64,000 nucleotides of DNA from an uncultured virus (IMG/VR IMGVR_UViG_3300010356_003090) (taxonomy: Duplodnaviria > Heunggongvirae > Uroviricota > Caudoviricetes), in the IMG/VR virus record IMGVR_UViG_3300010356_003090. One strand, written 5' to 3'. The notes below the pieces were generated by a model. That model ran no database searches. It had not been told where the DNA came from and saw only the letters and a list, made by a program, of their open reading frames with translations. Shown here in pieces: positions 40,133 to 49,226 of the stretch (the first letter of the stretch is position 1; the number at the start of each line of letters is the position of its first letter). The translations under genes were made by a program, and so were the position numbers.

Positions 40133-40840
40133 ATGGCAAAGAAGCGCAAAAAGAACAGAAGCAAGACCAAGGACTTTTTTGACGAATACGGCGGGTTGAT
40201 CATGCTTGGGCTTGGTGGGGCCGCAATTATCGCTGTCGCAACAAGCGCAACAAGCGCCTACGCATACAGCGAAGACAACGAACCAACGGACGTTTTTGAC
40301 TTTTTCGGTGATGGTGGATCGTGGGATCTTGGAGAAGTCACCAAGCCCGTTGAAGTCTCCCCCAAGACCGCACAGGAAGCCCCCGCCGTTGCAAAAAGCG
40401 GAACCAACAAGGGCGCGGATCTTGTGGAGTCTGCAAAGACGTTGATCGGCACAGAATACGGCCCCGACGTTGGCGGCCCAACAAGAGCGGGCTTTGAGAA
40501 GTACCTTGACTGCTCAGGCACAATCTTTCAAGCAGCGCGAAGATTGGGCATCACGATACCGCGCAACGCAACGGGGCAATACCTACGCGCAAAAGCGTTT
40601 CGTATGTTGGACGAAGAGACCGCCAAAAACACGGCGGGCGCGTTGGTCTTCTTCCACAAGCCCAACACCGAGGGCGTAAGTGCTTTTCACGTTGAATTGT
40701 CCCTTGGAGATGGCCGCGTTTTGCACAATCATCAACCAGATACACGAGTCGAAATCAGCAAGTGGGGCTGGTGGCGCAACTGGATCAAACGCAAAGGTTA
40801 TACTGTCAGCTTTGGCGTATTGCCCGAATTTGCAGCATAA
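40133..40840 (+). CDS. Membrane-anchored NlpC/P60 peptidoglycan hydrolase
   Basis: AKTLIGTEY, LDCSG, IPRNATGQY, GALVFF, FHVELSLGDGRVLH; basic N-terminus plus TM. Confidence 0.88.
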   Translation: MAKKRKKNRSKTKDFFDEYGGLIMLGLGGAAIIAVATSATSAYAYSEDNEPTDVFDFFGDGGSWDLGEVTKPVEVSPKTAQEAPAVAKSGTNKGADLVESAKTLIGTEYGPDVGGPTRAGFEKYLDCSGTIFQAARRLGITIPRNATGQYLRAKAFRMLDEETAKNTAGALVFFHKPNTEGVSAFHVELSLGDGRVLHNHQPDTRVEISKWGWWRNWIKRKGYTVSFGVLPEFAA

Positions 40841-40855
40841 AGGAAAAAAAACATC

Positions 40856-42337
40856 GTGTCAAATAGCAATCAAAAATTGACGCAAACAGGCATCACGCCC
40901 TTGATCGACGTGGCGGGATTAGGCAATGAAAGACGGGTGATCGATCCCGACTTGGTGAATGAAAAAGGCGAACGCATCGCGCCAAACAACATCTCTGTGA
41001 GCGACGGCTTCCACGTTGCGAGCATCGACACAAACCCGCTTTCTCCGACGTTCGGGACGTTTAGCGTACAGAATCGCTTGTCTGTCGCTGCACAATGCCG
41101 CTGGCAAGCCCAACACATCCACTCTGTCCAGCGTCCTACAAATCAAGCAACATCCGCAACTTTTGGCCCCATCGGTGGCGCGGTATTGCCTCCCTTGCCG
41201 TTTGGCGGTGGTTCGGGATCGTACAACGACACACTCTTTCCTCGCTATGGCAATCCGATCCCCGTGGCGACGTTGCAAGCAGCCCTTGACGCCAACAAGA
41301 AGGCGATCCGCACACTTGTTTTTCGTCCAAACCTCCCCACATCGACCCCCCCCGCTCCAAACACCTTTACCAATTGGGCGGATCTCTATGCCGCATATCA
41401 AGCCCAAGCCAACGCGGGCGCGTGTCAAATTGTCTTTGAAGCAGAACGCCCCATCTCTGCCCCGATCACGATTCCTGCGGGTGTGTGGGAATTTAAATAC
41501 GGGGACTCGTTCACAGGCCCATCACTCGGCCCCCAAATTCCCGTGATCTTGGTGGATGGCTGTCAAATCAAAAACGTCTTTCTCTTTGATAACGGATTGA
41601 TGCTTGTTGGGCAAACGACGGGCGCACCGCAGCTTGTGTGGGATTCGCTTTTGGGAACGGGTGCGCCAACGGTTCCAATTTTCCAAAACGCCGCCGTTAT
41701 CCGCAACGATGGCAGCGCACCTATGATCGTTTGGGATCAAGACGCCGCAACCGACTTTCTGGGGATCGGCCTTGGCTTCGCATCGCGTTTTGACGATAGC
41801 ACCTTTGAAATCCTTGAACTGCAAGATCCCGGTGGTGGCGGGTTTGCGGTGATGCAATTTTTCATGCAAGGCGGGGGGGCTTACATTGGCCCAAACACAA
41901 TCCGAGGGGCTGGAAACGTCGGGTATCGCGTGGAATTGAACGCGCAAGGCGTCAATGTTTCACTCGAACAAACCAATTATGCGGGCCTCCCTGTCACTCC
42001 TCCCGACACCTTCGCGCAACGCGCACACCGACGCTTGATCTTGACCGAGTCGCTTGACAATGGAGCCACGCCAACACTCGAACCTTCGCAATTTGCGCGT
42101 ATTGCGCCAAGCGTGGACGGTGGAGCGCCGATTGTGATCACGTTGCCACGCGCTGAATTCTTCCCTTCGATCATTTGTGGAGGAAAGAAGATCAACGGTG
42201 ACGTGAACACTCCTGTTTCGTTTATCCCACAAGGTGCAGAAACCATCGAAGGAGCGTTTGTGTATGCCCTTCCCTTGGGCGCTTATGAAGGGGTGCAATT
42301 CTTCTCAGACGGGGCAAATTGGTTTGTTCTGCCATAA
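40856..42337 (+). CDS. Spike/fibre-like protein A
   Basis: P/G/T-rich. C-terminal ITLP...ETIEG...Y..V...SDGANW module typical of phage fibres. First 116 aa are shared with the next gene. Confidence 0.65.
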   Translation: MSNSNQKLTQTGITPLIDVAGLGNERRVIDPDLVNEKGERIAPNNISVSDGFHVASIDTNPLSPTFGTFSVQNRLSVAAQCRWQAQHIHSVQRPTNQATSATFGPIGGAVLPPLPFGGGSGSYNDTLFPRYGNPIPVATLQAALDANKKAIRTLVFRPNLPTSTPPAPNTFTNWADLYAAYQAQANAGACQIVFEAERPISAPITIPAGVWEFKYGDSFTGPSLGPQIPVILVDGCQIKNVFLFDNGLMLVGQTTGAPQLVWDSLLGTGAPTVPIFQNAAVIRNDGSAPMIVWDQDAATDFLGIGLGFASRFDDSTFEILELQDPGGGGFAVMQFFMQGGGAYIGPNTIRGAGNVGYRVELNAQGVNVSLEQTNYAGLPVTPPDTFAQRAHRRLILTESLDNGATPTLEPSQFARIAPSVDGGAPIVITLPRAEFFPSIICGGKKINGDVNTPVSFIPQGAETIEGAFVYALPLGAYEGVQFFSDGANWFVLP

Positions 42338-42713
42338 CCCATAAAGCGTAAAGAAAGAAAAAACCATGTCCAACAGCCCCCAAAAACTGACACAAACAGG
42401 CATCACGCCGTTGATCGACGTGGCGGGATCGGGCAACGAAAGACGGGTGATTGACCCCGAGTTGGTGAACGAAAAGGGCGAACGCATCGCGCCAAACAAC
42501 ATTTCTGTGAGCGATGGCTTCCATGTTGCAAGCATCGACACAAACCCGCTTTCCCCTACGTTCGGGACGTTTAGCGTACAGAATCGCTTGTCTGTCCCTG
42601 CGCGATGTCGTTGGCAAGCGCAACGCATCCACTCCGTCCAACGACCCACAAACCAAGCAGAATCCGCAACCTTTGGCCCCATCGGTGGCGCGGTCTTGCC
42701 TCCCTTGCCGTTT
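40856..42713 (+). repeat. ~348-bp dispersed direct repeat (40856-41203 and 42366-42713)
   Basis: Near-identical coding starts; 7 aa differences in 116. Confidence 0.92.
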
Positions 42714-43553
42714 GTTGGTGGCGGTGGCGGTGAAGTGAACACCGCGTCAAATGTGGGGATCGGGACAGGGATCTTTGACGCAAAGGTCGGAACGGACTTG
42801 CAATTCAAGAGCCTTCTTGCGGGCGCGGGGATCGCGTTGGCGGATCTCGGAGACGAGATCCAGATCACGAACGCGGGCGGTGGCTACACGGGGCCACAAA
42901 CACCGCTCACAACGGGCGCTTTTGCTTACTATCCACTTCAGGAAGGCCAAGGCGCTATCACCATCACCGACGCAATCGGCGGACGCAATCTCACAGGCTC
43001 AACACTCAACATTATCTCGCGACACCCGCTCTTTCCAGCGCGTACCATGTTGCGCTTTTCGGGCGGCAACTTTACAAGCCCCATCGATCCGCTTTGGGGT
43101 TCCGTCGATCAAACCTTTGAAGTGATTGTATGGCCCGCAAACACGGGCGTTGGTCAACTTTGGTTCACACAAAACGGCATTGCGACAACGGGCGCTTGTC
43201 AATGGGATGGGGGTGCTGGTCGGTATGCCTTCTCTTGGAATGGCCTTGCGGCATTATCAACCCCCGCAAACTACTATTTCGGCGGAAAAGACGGAACACT
43301 TGCACCCGAAATGCGCCCTTACCTTTTGCGCGTGGAGCGCGAAAATATCGCAGGAACGATCAACGTGCGTGTGTACGTCAACGGATATCTACACAGCACG
43401 TTGACAACGGCGGTTGTCCCCCCCCTTGCAGATCGCTTGATCCTTGGGAACGCTTGCCCCGTTTTTATGTCCGATATGATCGTCTGGCAAACCGCGAATC
43501 CTCCCGTATCGGCCCTTGCGCAAGCGCAGCGTGTACTTCCCTATCTGTTCTGA
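42366..43553 (+). CDS. Spike/fibre-like protein B with LamG/concanavalin-like C-domain
   Basis: GEVNTASNVG...LQFKSL fibre module; AYYPLQEGQG...D, VRVYVNG. Confidence 0.65.
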   Translation: MSNSPQKLTQTGITPLIDVAGSGNERRVIDPELVNEKGERIAPNNISVSDGFHVASIDTNPLSPTFGTFSVQNRLSVPARCRWQAQRIHSVQRPTNQAESATFGPIGGAVLPPLPFVGGGGGEVNTASNVGIGTGIFDAKVGTDLQFKSLLAGAGIALADLGDEIQITNAGGGYTGPQTPLTTGAFAYYPLQEGQGAITITDAIGGRNLTGSTLNIISRHPLFPARTMLRFSGGNFTSPIDPLWGSVDQTFEVIVWPANTGVGQLWFTQNGIATTGACQWDGGAGRYAFSWNGLAALSTPANYYFGGKDGTLAPEMRPYLLRVERENIAGTINVRVYVNGYLHSTLTTAVVPPLADRLILGNACPVFMSDMIVWQTANPPVSALAQAQRVLPYLF

Positions 43554-43585
43554 GAATCCTTCAAACCAACGCGGAGATCACCCCA

Positions 43586-44155
43586 TTGAAGCGCAAAGCA
43601 ACAGACCCCCTAGAAATCGCTTACAAGCGAGGATTGAAGGAATACCAAGCCTCCCCTATAGGCAAGGGTAGATCTTCGCAAAATTGGGGCATCTCTCGCG
43701 CTTACACGCTGGCGAAGAAAAGCGACGGCTCCAAAGACAAAGACCTCTTTGACGCGATCCCCGATCCAACCCCGCCAAGACTCCACACCCAAGCGATCTC
43801 GCTCGACACCGTGACAACGTGGGTTTCACAGATCAATGATGCGATGATTGACGCGGGCCTTGCGCCTTTGCGATTGGAGGTTTGCGGCCTTGCAGACAAA
43901 GACAACAAGCAAGATCCGCGTGTTTTTGCCCACACAAACCACAAAGACCGCGTGATCTGTGTCTCGAAAGCATGGCTACACCTGCCTATTGACCATGCGT
44001 TCGGCGTGTTGGTGCATGAAGCGGGACACGAGGCCGCGTTTCAAGCATGGGATAACTACGACGAAGAGGCCGCAGACGTGGCTTGTTTGGAATTGTTGGG
44101 GTGGGAGATTCGATACAAACCGCCGTCTTTGCTACAGATTGCCAAAAGACGCTAG
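43586..44155 (+). CDS. Zincin-like metallopeptidase with small N-terminal domain
   Basis: TTG 43586 with GGAG 9 nt upstream; HEAGH followed by EEAAD; N-domain AYKRG...QNWGISRA...KDKDL. Confidence 0.7.
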   Translation: MKRKATDPLEIAYKRGLKEYQASPIGKGRSSQNWGISRAYTLAKKSDGSKDKDLFDAIPDPTPPRLHTQAISLDTVTTWVSQINDAMIDAGLAPLRLEVCGLADKDNKQDPRVFAHTNHKDRVICVSKAWLHLPIDHAFGVLVHEAGHEAAFQAWDNYDEEAADVACLELLGWEIRYKPPSLLQIAKRR

Positions 44156-44252
44156 AGCGAAAGGAACAAGCAAGCGATGGCTTTGAGTGATAGCAGCGAA
44201 AAAAAATTGCTTGTGCTTACGGGTAGCAAACAGGGTGGATGGGTGAAATGCG

Positions 44253-44287
44253 AAAAGCCCCGACCGCGTGAAGCAATCGGGGCTTTT
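44253..44287. terminator. Bidirectional terminator ending the long + strand block
   Basis: AAAAGCCCCGA...TCGGGGCTTTT between convergent genes. Confidence 0.8.
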
Positions 44288-44310
44288 GTTGGGGAAAGAT
44301 GGGGGGGGGG

Positions 44311-45120
44311 TTAGTCGATCTTTGTTGCCGCGAAGTCCCATGTGGGTTCACGGCGGCCCAATTTGATCTCAAACCACCCGCGCCCCGCAACAACGGGGTG
44401 TGTCTTGGGAACGTGGACAGCGCGGGGGTTACGCGCAAACAGACGCTTGCCGTTTGTGCGGATTTCGTCTGCCTCGATCTGGTGGCTACCTGCGATCTCG
44501 ACTTGCCCGCCGTTGGGGTGTTCTTCTCCACGGGGGGAACGAACGGGAATAAGGGCGAGATCGCCTTGGCGGATAATCTTTGAATAATCGCACCCAAAGA
44601 TCCAGTCTTGCGCCGCCTTGACGGGGCATTTCTGCGCACGAATCGCGGCGTGGATCTTGGCGGGCGAGATAGCATGAGCGAATGGGCTATTATCCTCGTT
44701 GGTTCCGATAAGAAAGTAATTCTTGTGAACGCTTGTGTAGTGGCTTGCCTTCGCTTTGAAGGCTTCGCGAACTTGAACGACGGCAAGGGGCTCGGTGTCG
44801 TGCATATCGAAGGCGAACCCGTACCAATCGAAATTGACGGCGTGAAATCCGCCTTTCCCGTATCGGCCAATGTTCTCGATCCCGAAATTCCATCCATGTT
44901 CGTCCACTTCACGCCCCAAGCGGTCAAGAATCTTTTCTCCCCACACCTTCCACGCCTTCCACTCGGAAGGCGTGAATTCGCGGGGGCAGCACAAAGCGCC
45001 GTATCCATCGCGGCGGAAATCGAGGGGAAAGGGCGGAAGGGCGGGGGCTTGTTGGGCTTGTTGTTGGGCTTGTTGTTGGGCTTGTTGTTGGGCTTGTTGG
45101 GCTTGTTGTTGCGTGGTCAT
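44311..45120 (-). CDS. Hypothetical protein (RQGD motif family), Gln/Ala repeat N-terminus
   Basis: RBS AGGAG; IRQGDLALIP...H...HP; 12-bp tandem repeats at about 45045-45110. Confidence 0.75.
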   Translation of the reverse strand: MTTQQQAQQAQQQAQQQAQQQAQQAPALPPFPLDFRRDGYGALCCPREFTPSEWKAWKVWGEKILDRLGREVDEHGWNFGIENIGRYGKGGFHAVNFDWYGFAFDMHDTEPLAVVQVREAFKAKASHYTSVHKNYFLIGTNEDNSPFAHAISPAKIHAAIRAQKCPVKAAQDWIFGCDYSKIIRQGDLALIPVRSPRGEEHPNGGQVEIAGSHQIEADEIRTNGKRLFARNPRAVHVPKTHPVVAGRGWFEIKLGRREPTWDFAATKID

Positions 45121-45245
45121 GGGTGGACTCCTTTTTTGTTGGCGAGGGCTTGTTGCTACCCTCGCTTGCCCCGTGGGGCGGGTTGTTTCGCGGTAACTTC
45201 TTGCAAAAAGAGGCCCGCGAAGGCCAGAAACAGGGAGGGGAAGAG

Positions 45246-45593
45246 TTAGCGGTTCGGATTAAACCGTTCGCGATCATCGCATCGTAAGCGGTGGTCGCCA
45301 TACAAACCACCGCTAAAATCATCTCCATCGTCATCATCGCCTTCTTCTTCCCACGAAAGGAAGATGTCTTCTTCTTCGCCTTCTTCGCCTTCGCGAGAAA
45401 AGCGGTATGTACCGCCCTTTCCGCCCACGCTTTCCCATCCGTTCGGGATGTAGGCCGCGAACGAAAAGAAATTAGCAACCTCCAACAAGATATCTTCGAT
45501 TGTCTCTTTTTCGTCGTCCATCTGGACGACCTCAAGACGTGAGATGGGTTGTCCTGTTTTTGTTGTTTTCCACACGGAAATTTTCTTGTTCAT
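45246..45593 (-). CDS. Small acidic protein
   Basis: ATG 45593 with AAGGA RBS; D/E-rich C-half. Confidence 0.6.
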   Translation of the reverse strand: MNKKISVWKTTKTGQPISRLEVVQMDDEKETIEDILLEVANFFSFAAYIPNGWESVGGKGGTYRFSREGEEGEEEDIFLSWEEEGDDDDGDDFSGGLYGDHRLRCDDRERFNPNR

Positions 45594-45645
45594 CTTCTTT
45601 TGTCCTTTTTTGTTGTCGTTGCGCCCCGTTTCGGGGTTGATCACT

Positions 45646-45709
45646 CTAATACCCCAAGCCCCACAATCTGTCAATAAAAAAGATACAAAACGAGTACAGA
45701 ATCTTACAA
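45646..45709 (-). promoter_or_regulatory. Putative sigma70 promoter with upstream TTGTAY-like boxes
   Basis: Minus strand: TTGTAA, CTGTAC, TTGTAT, then TTGACA (45674-45669); the -10 match is weak. Confidence 0.5.
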
Positions 45710-45736
45710 GCCATTGAAAGCACGAGAGAAAAAAGA

Positions 45737-46075
45737 TCACTTCTCCACGTCAAAGAGATCCATTTGACGGCGTATCAATCGCCCTTGTTCTTCAATGCGC
45801 TGCTCTATTCGAGACAACCGATCTTTTGCGTCTTGCAGATCGCCGATCATCTCGGAAGATGCTTTGCTTGCCTCGCTCAAATCAGTCGAGGCCGCGTTTA
45901 ACTCCTCCATCCACCACAAGAGATCGTGATACGTTGGTTATGATGAAAGCGTCTTTTTGATCTTCCGATACACCGACAAGATCGCACGATTCGCTTGATC
46001 AATGCGTCTCTTCTGCTCTCTAAGTGACGCTGTGACGGTCTGCTTTTGCGGCTTTCGCTTGTTCTTTTTGATCAC
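45737..46075 (-). pseudogene. Coiled-coil gene interrupted by an in-frame TAA
   Basis: GGAGGT RBS and GTG 46075 overlapping the upstream TGA; TAA at 45940-45938; same frame continues to 45737. Confidence 0.55.
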
Positions 46076-46650
46076 GTTGTACCTCCACCGTTGCCCAATT
46101 TGCCCAATTCATCACCAAAACAATCCCATCCAACACGATAACGACGCGCAAAGAATTCCGCTTTTGTGGCGTCTGGATACATTCGCTCGATCCGCTCTTG
46201 CACGGCGTCGGGCTTTTGGCTATGCCGTCCACCGATAAAGCGAACGTGTGGGGATAGCACAAATTGACCGATGTTTTCGGCGTGTAGCGGCATCGGTCGC
46301 CCCTTTTCCACATAGGATGCAGAGATCACAAATTCCGCCAACGGCTTAACGATAGAAGGCCGCACACCCACCGCTCCAACGGGCGTGACACCATCTTTTT
46401 TTGTCTTCACCCAAACGAACGCAACACCCCGATAATGCAGCCCGTGTGCGCGTATGCAGTTCAACGAGAATTCCAGCTTTGGCCCCGTTGTCCACATAAA
46501 CAAGATGCCCTTCTTGTCGAGTGGATAGCGATAGTCCAGCAATTCTTGTTCGCTCATGGTCTTGTACTCTTTGCCAACATCTCCCATCCCATCGGTTGAT
46601 CCGTAGTAGCCCCACGGTGGATCAGTCAAGATTACTTGATATGTTTTCAA
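46072..46650 (-). CDS. MT-A70-family N6-adenine methyltransferase
   Basis: YQVILTDPPW, LFMWTT, FVWVK, HSQKP, EFFAR...GW..FGDE; TTG start coupled to the upstream TGA with GGAGG. Confidence 0.9.
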   Translation of the reverse strand: MKTYQVILTDPPWGYYGSTDGMGDVGKEYKTMSEQELLDYRYPLDKKGILFMWTTGPKLEFSLNCIRAHGLHYRGVAFVWVKTKKDGVTPVGAVGVRPSIVKPLAEFVISASYVEKGRPMPLHAENIGQFVLSPHVRFIGGRHSQKPDAVQERIERMYPDATKAEFFARRYRVGWDCFGDELGKLGNGGGTT

Positions 46651-47252
46651 AACAAAGCCTCCTCTAAGTTTTTCGCAAAAGACGGGGCGGCTTGCATCCT
46701 CGCACCTCGCTCCCGAAAGCACAAAAGCAAGGTGCTTCGGGCTTGTTCGTGTTGTTCGATAAGTAGGCGAAGGTGCGCAACCTGCCATGCTTTCACTTTT
46801 TCCCTTGCTTCTCTTGCTTCTTTTTTCCGTCCTACTCCCTCTTCTACCGTCCAAATTGCCCATTCTCCTAGCGTATCCGCAGCACAAATCGCCGCGTTAT
46901 CCGCAAACAACATCGCTGCTGAGTAAGCCGCTTGTGCAGCCCAATAAGCCCTTTCTGCTGCATAACTCTTTCTATTCACGACCCAATCCATGCAATAAGC
47001 CGCTATTCTCGCCGCCTTATACGCTTTTCTTAAGTCCCCCTCTGTTGCCCGCCCTTCCGCAAAGAGACGCGCAACACGCACAGCGAGCCAACTAGCCCGA
47101 AGCGGATCTTTTCCCGCCGCTACTTCCCCCAACAAAGCCCGCTCCGCACAGTCACAGGCAAAGTGCCGTTGTACCGAGGGGGGGGCTATATTTATTAAGC
47201 CCTTGAGTGTTAAAAGGTGCTTTGCGCTCAATTTTTCAAATGCTGCTGTCAA
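46647..47252 (-). CDS. Ala-rich helical phage protein (FACDCAE / Imm5-like)
   Basis: RHFACDCAERAL...AVRVARLFAEG; own RBS GGAGG with TTG at 47252, in frame with the upstream fragment. Confidence 0.6.
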   Translation of the reverse strand: MTAAFEKLSAKHLLTLKGLINIAPPSVQRHFACDCAERALLGEVAAGKDPLRASWLAVRVARLFAEGRATEGDLRKAYKAARIAAYCMDWVVNRKSYAAERAYWAAQAAYSAAMLFADNAAICAADTLGEWAIWTVEEGVGRKKEAREAREKVKAWQVAHLRLLIEQHEQARSTLLLCFRERGARMQAAPSFAKNLEEALF

Positions 47253-47762
47253 AACAAAACCTCCTCTTCGATGGGTACTTGAGCAACAAGCGCCGAAGCT
47301 AGGATGCAGCCCCCCACGTTTGGGGGATCTTATCACCGTCATGTCAAATTCCCCCAAAATTTCCCCCATTGCCACGCGGACACCGCGATCAAAGTCCCCT
47401 TTCGTGGCTTTCAATTGATCAAACAAGGTAATTGTAACAGGTGTTTCACCTATCCAAAAACCTTGTTTGATCGTCACTTCATGCTTTGGCCCTTCGTTTT
47501 CGTAGCCACGAAATGCGTTGTACCCTGCCCAAAATTGGCCCGCAGGAATCCAACGCATCGGAATTTCAACACCGATCAAATTGAAGACTTGCCGTTGTCC
47601 CGCAAACCATCCCCCGTCATATAGGGGAAAATGACTGTTGAGATAGCGAAGCAATAATTGTAATTCGTCCTCTTTGGAGGAAAGCAACATGGAGGCAATT
47701 GCAGAAAGATCGAGATCTTCTGCACATAAAAGTTTGCGAAGTGCGGCAAGTGAAATGTCCAT
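47253..47762 (-). pseudogene. Truncated FGE-sulfatase paralog of 3591-4592, reading into the next gene
   Basis: LAALRKLLC...MRWIPAGQFW...HEVTIKQGFWIGETPVT; lacks RLPTEAEWE and GNVWEW. Confidence 0.65.
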
Positions 47763-48009
47763 CTGTTTTCTTCTCCAAATTTTTGTTCTTGCCAAAAGCA
47801 ACAAAAGATGCTTTGCTTGCTTTTGTTTAACAGACTTGATCGCATAGGTCAAGATCTACTAACCTTGTCACAAAGTAGCTATCTTGTCGCTCTTTGTTCT
47901 CTTCGCGATAGTAGCCCTTATCGCGGCAAAGCAGGACAGGCAAAAACAGACAAGAGCGATCCCAACAGACAAGAGCGATCAAGAAGGACAAGAAAGGCAA
48001 GAAGCGGCC

Positions 48010-48237
48010 ATGCAGCGAGCAAAGTGCAAGTCTTGTGGAGCCTTTATTTTCTGGATCACCACACCAAGCGGAAAGAAGACCCCGATTGACGCCAACAAGA
48101 GCAACGGATCGGCGGTGTGGGTACTGGATGCGAACGCAAGCGGCGGCCTTTCGTGGCGATTGACAAGCGGGGTCGGCCACGCATCGCACTTTGCAACCTG
48201 CCCAAACGCCGAACAGCACAGGAAGTCAACAAGATGA
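48010..48237 (+). CDS. Small Zn-finger phage protein
   Basis: CKSCGAFIFW...SHFATCP; start may be upstream (47884). Confidence 0.7.
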   Translation: MQRAKCKSCGAFIFWITTPSGKKTPIDANKSNGSAVWVLDANASGGLSWRLTSGVGHASHFATCPNAEQHRKSTR

Positions 48238-48773
48238 ATTGGAAAAATTGGAAAGAAGAATTTGAACGGCTAAAGACAAGCCAAACCGCCGAAGATCGGC
48301 TTATTCGTTTTCAAGTCCTATCAATAGAGTCTATGCGAGCGCCAGAGCCAGAAGCCCGCATTTTTCAAGAACATTCCTTGACTTCTCCCCCTTCGCTGAC
48401 GTTTCAGATATCCCAACCTTGGGATATCCACGCGATCCCTATCCCTCGCTTGTCCTCGAAGGCGCTTCAAAGACTGGCAAGCGATCTTGCTCAAGGAAGC
48501 CTTTACACGTCAAACCATATACGCAAAGAAACAGGTTCTTTCGATGCGTACCAGTCAAAAATTTACGCGGTCTTTCCTGTTCTCTTCTCTCTCCAAGTCC
48601 TTGATCCCATCGGCTTGATCTACGAATACAAAAGCAAAGCAACAGGACAACTTGAAGACGGATCGCCGACCTTTGGCTCTGTTTGCCTCTTGCACCGCGA
48701 AGATCTCCCCGAACTATCGCTTGTGTGTGCAAACGACGAAGAGACCGACCGCGCACAAAAAAACGGATCATAA
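48234..48773 (+). CDS. Hypothetical protein
   Basis: ATGA-coupled ORF; IYEYKSKA...G.P.F.S...LH. Confidence 0.7.
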   Translation: MNWKNWKEEFERLKTSQTAEDRLIRFQVLSIESMRAPEPEARIFQEHSLTSPPSLTFQISQPWDIHAIPIPRLSSKALQRLASDLAQGSLYTSNHIRKETGSFDAYQSKIYAVFPVLFSLQVLDPIGLIYEYKSKATGQLEDGSPTFGSVCLLHREDLPELSLVCANDEETDRAQKNGS

Positions 48774-48776
48774 GAC

Positions 48777-49208
48777 ATGGAAAAACTTGCACAAATTGAA
48801 TCCTGTCACCGAGATCACCCACGCACACTCAACATCTTTTCCGACGATGAAAGCAATACGCTGAACGCAGAGCTGGTGTGGCGAGATGCTGAGAAAAGAA
48901 TCGGTGAGTGGATAGAAGTGGATCGCGATGGCGTTGAAAGCCTTCGCGACACGTTGACCGCGTGGCTTGAACGCAAAGACAAGCCACGCGGTCAAGAGAT
49001 CGACGAAAGACGATTAAAAGAAGCATTAACCGTTGCTTGCGGAATGATACGCCAAGCAAACAGCAAACTAGATCCGATCAATGCGGTGTGTTCGGTACGC
49101 ATCCTCTTTCGCGATCTGAATTTTGTCATCGAACTTGATCTGAAAAAAACCCAACTTTTCGACCCAACAAAAGCTGCAAATTCTTTGGAAGATGCGCTTT
49201 TTAAGTAA
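48777..49208 (+). CDS. Hypothetical protein
   Basis: Operonic ORF. Confidence 0.65.
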   Translation: MEKLAQIESCHRDHPRTLNIFSDDESNTLNAELVWRDAEKRIGEWIEVDRDGVESLRDTLTAWLERKDKPRGQEIDERRLKEALTVACGMIRQANSKLDPINAVCSVRILFRDLNFVIELDLKKTQLFDPTKAANSLEDALFK

Positions 49209-49226
49209 AAAGAAAGAGCGTGCAAC

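Noticed and set aside
43130..43585. N-terminal part of the 341-aa track ORF
   Set aside because: Overlaps spike B in another frame; an RBS-supported TTG at 43586 is the better start.
9223..45940. Stop-codon reassignment
   Set aside because: Only isolated internal stops of different types (one TAG, one TAA); TAA, TAG and TGA all end normal genes, and coding density is high under the standard code.
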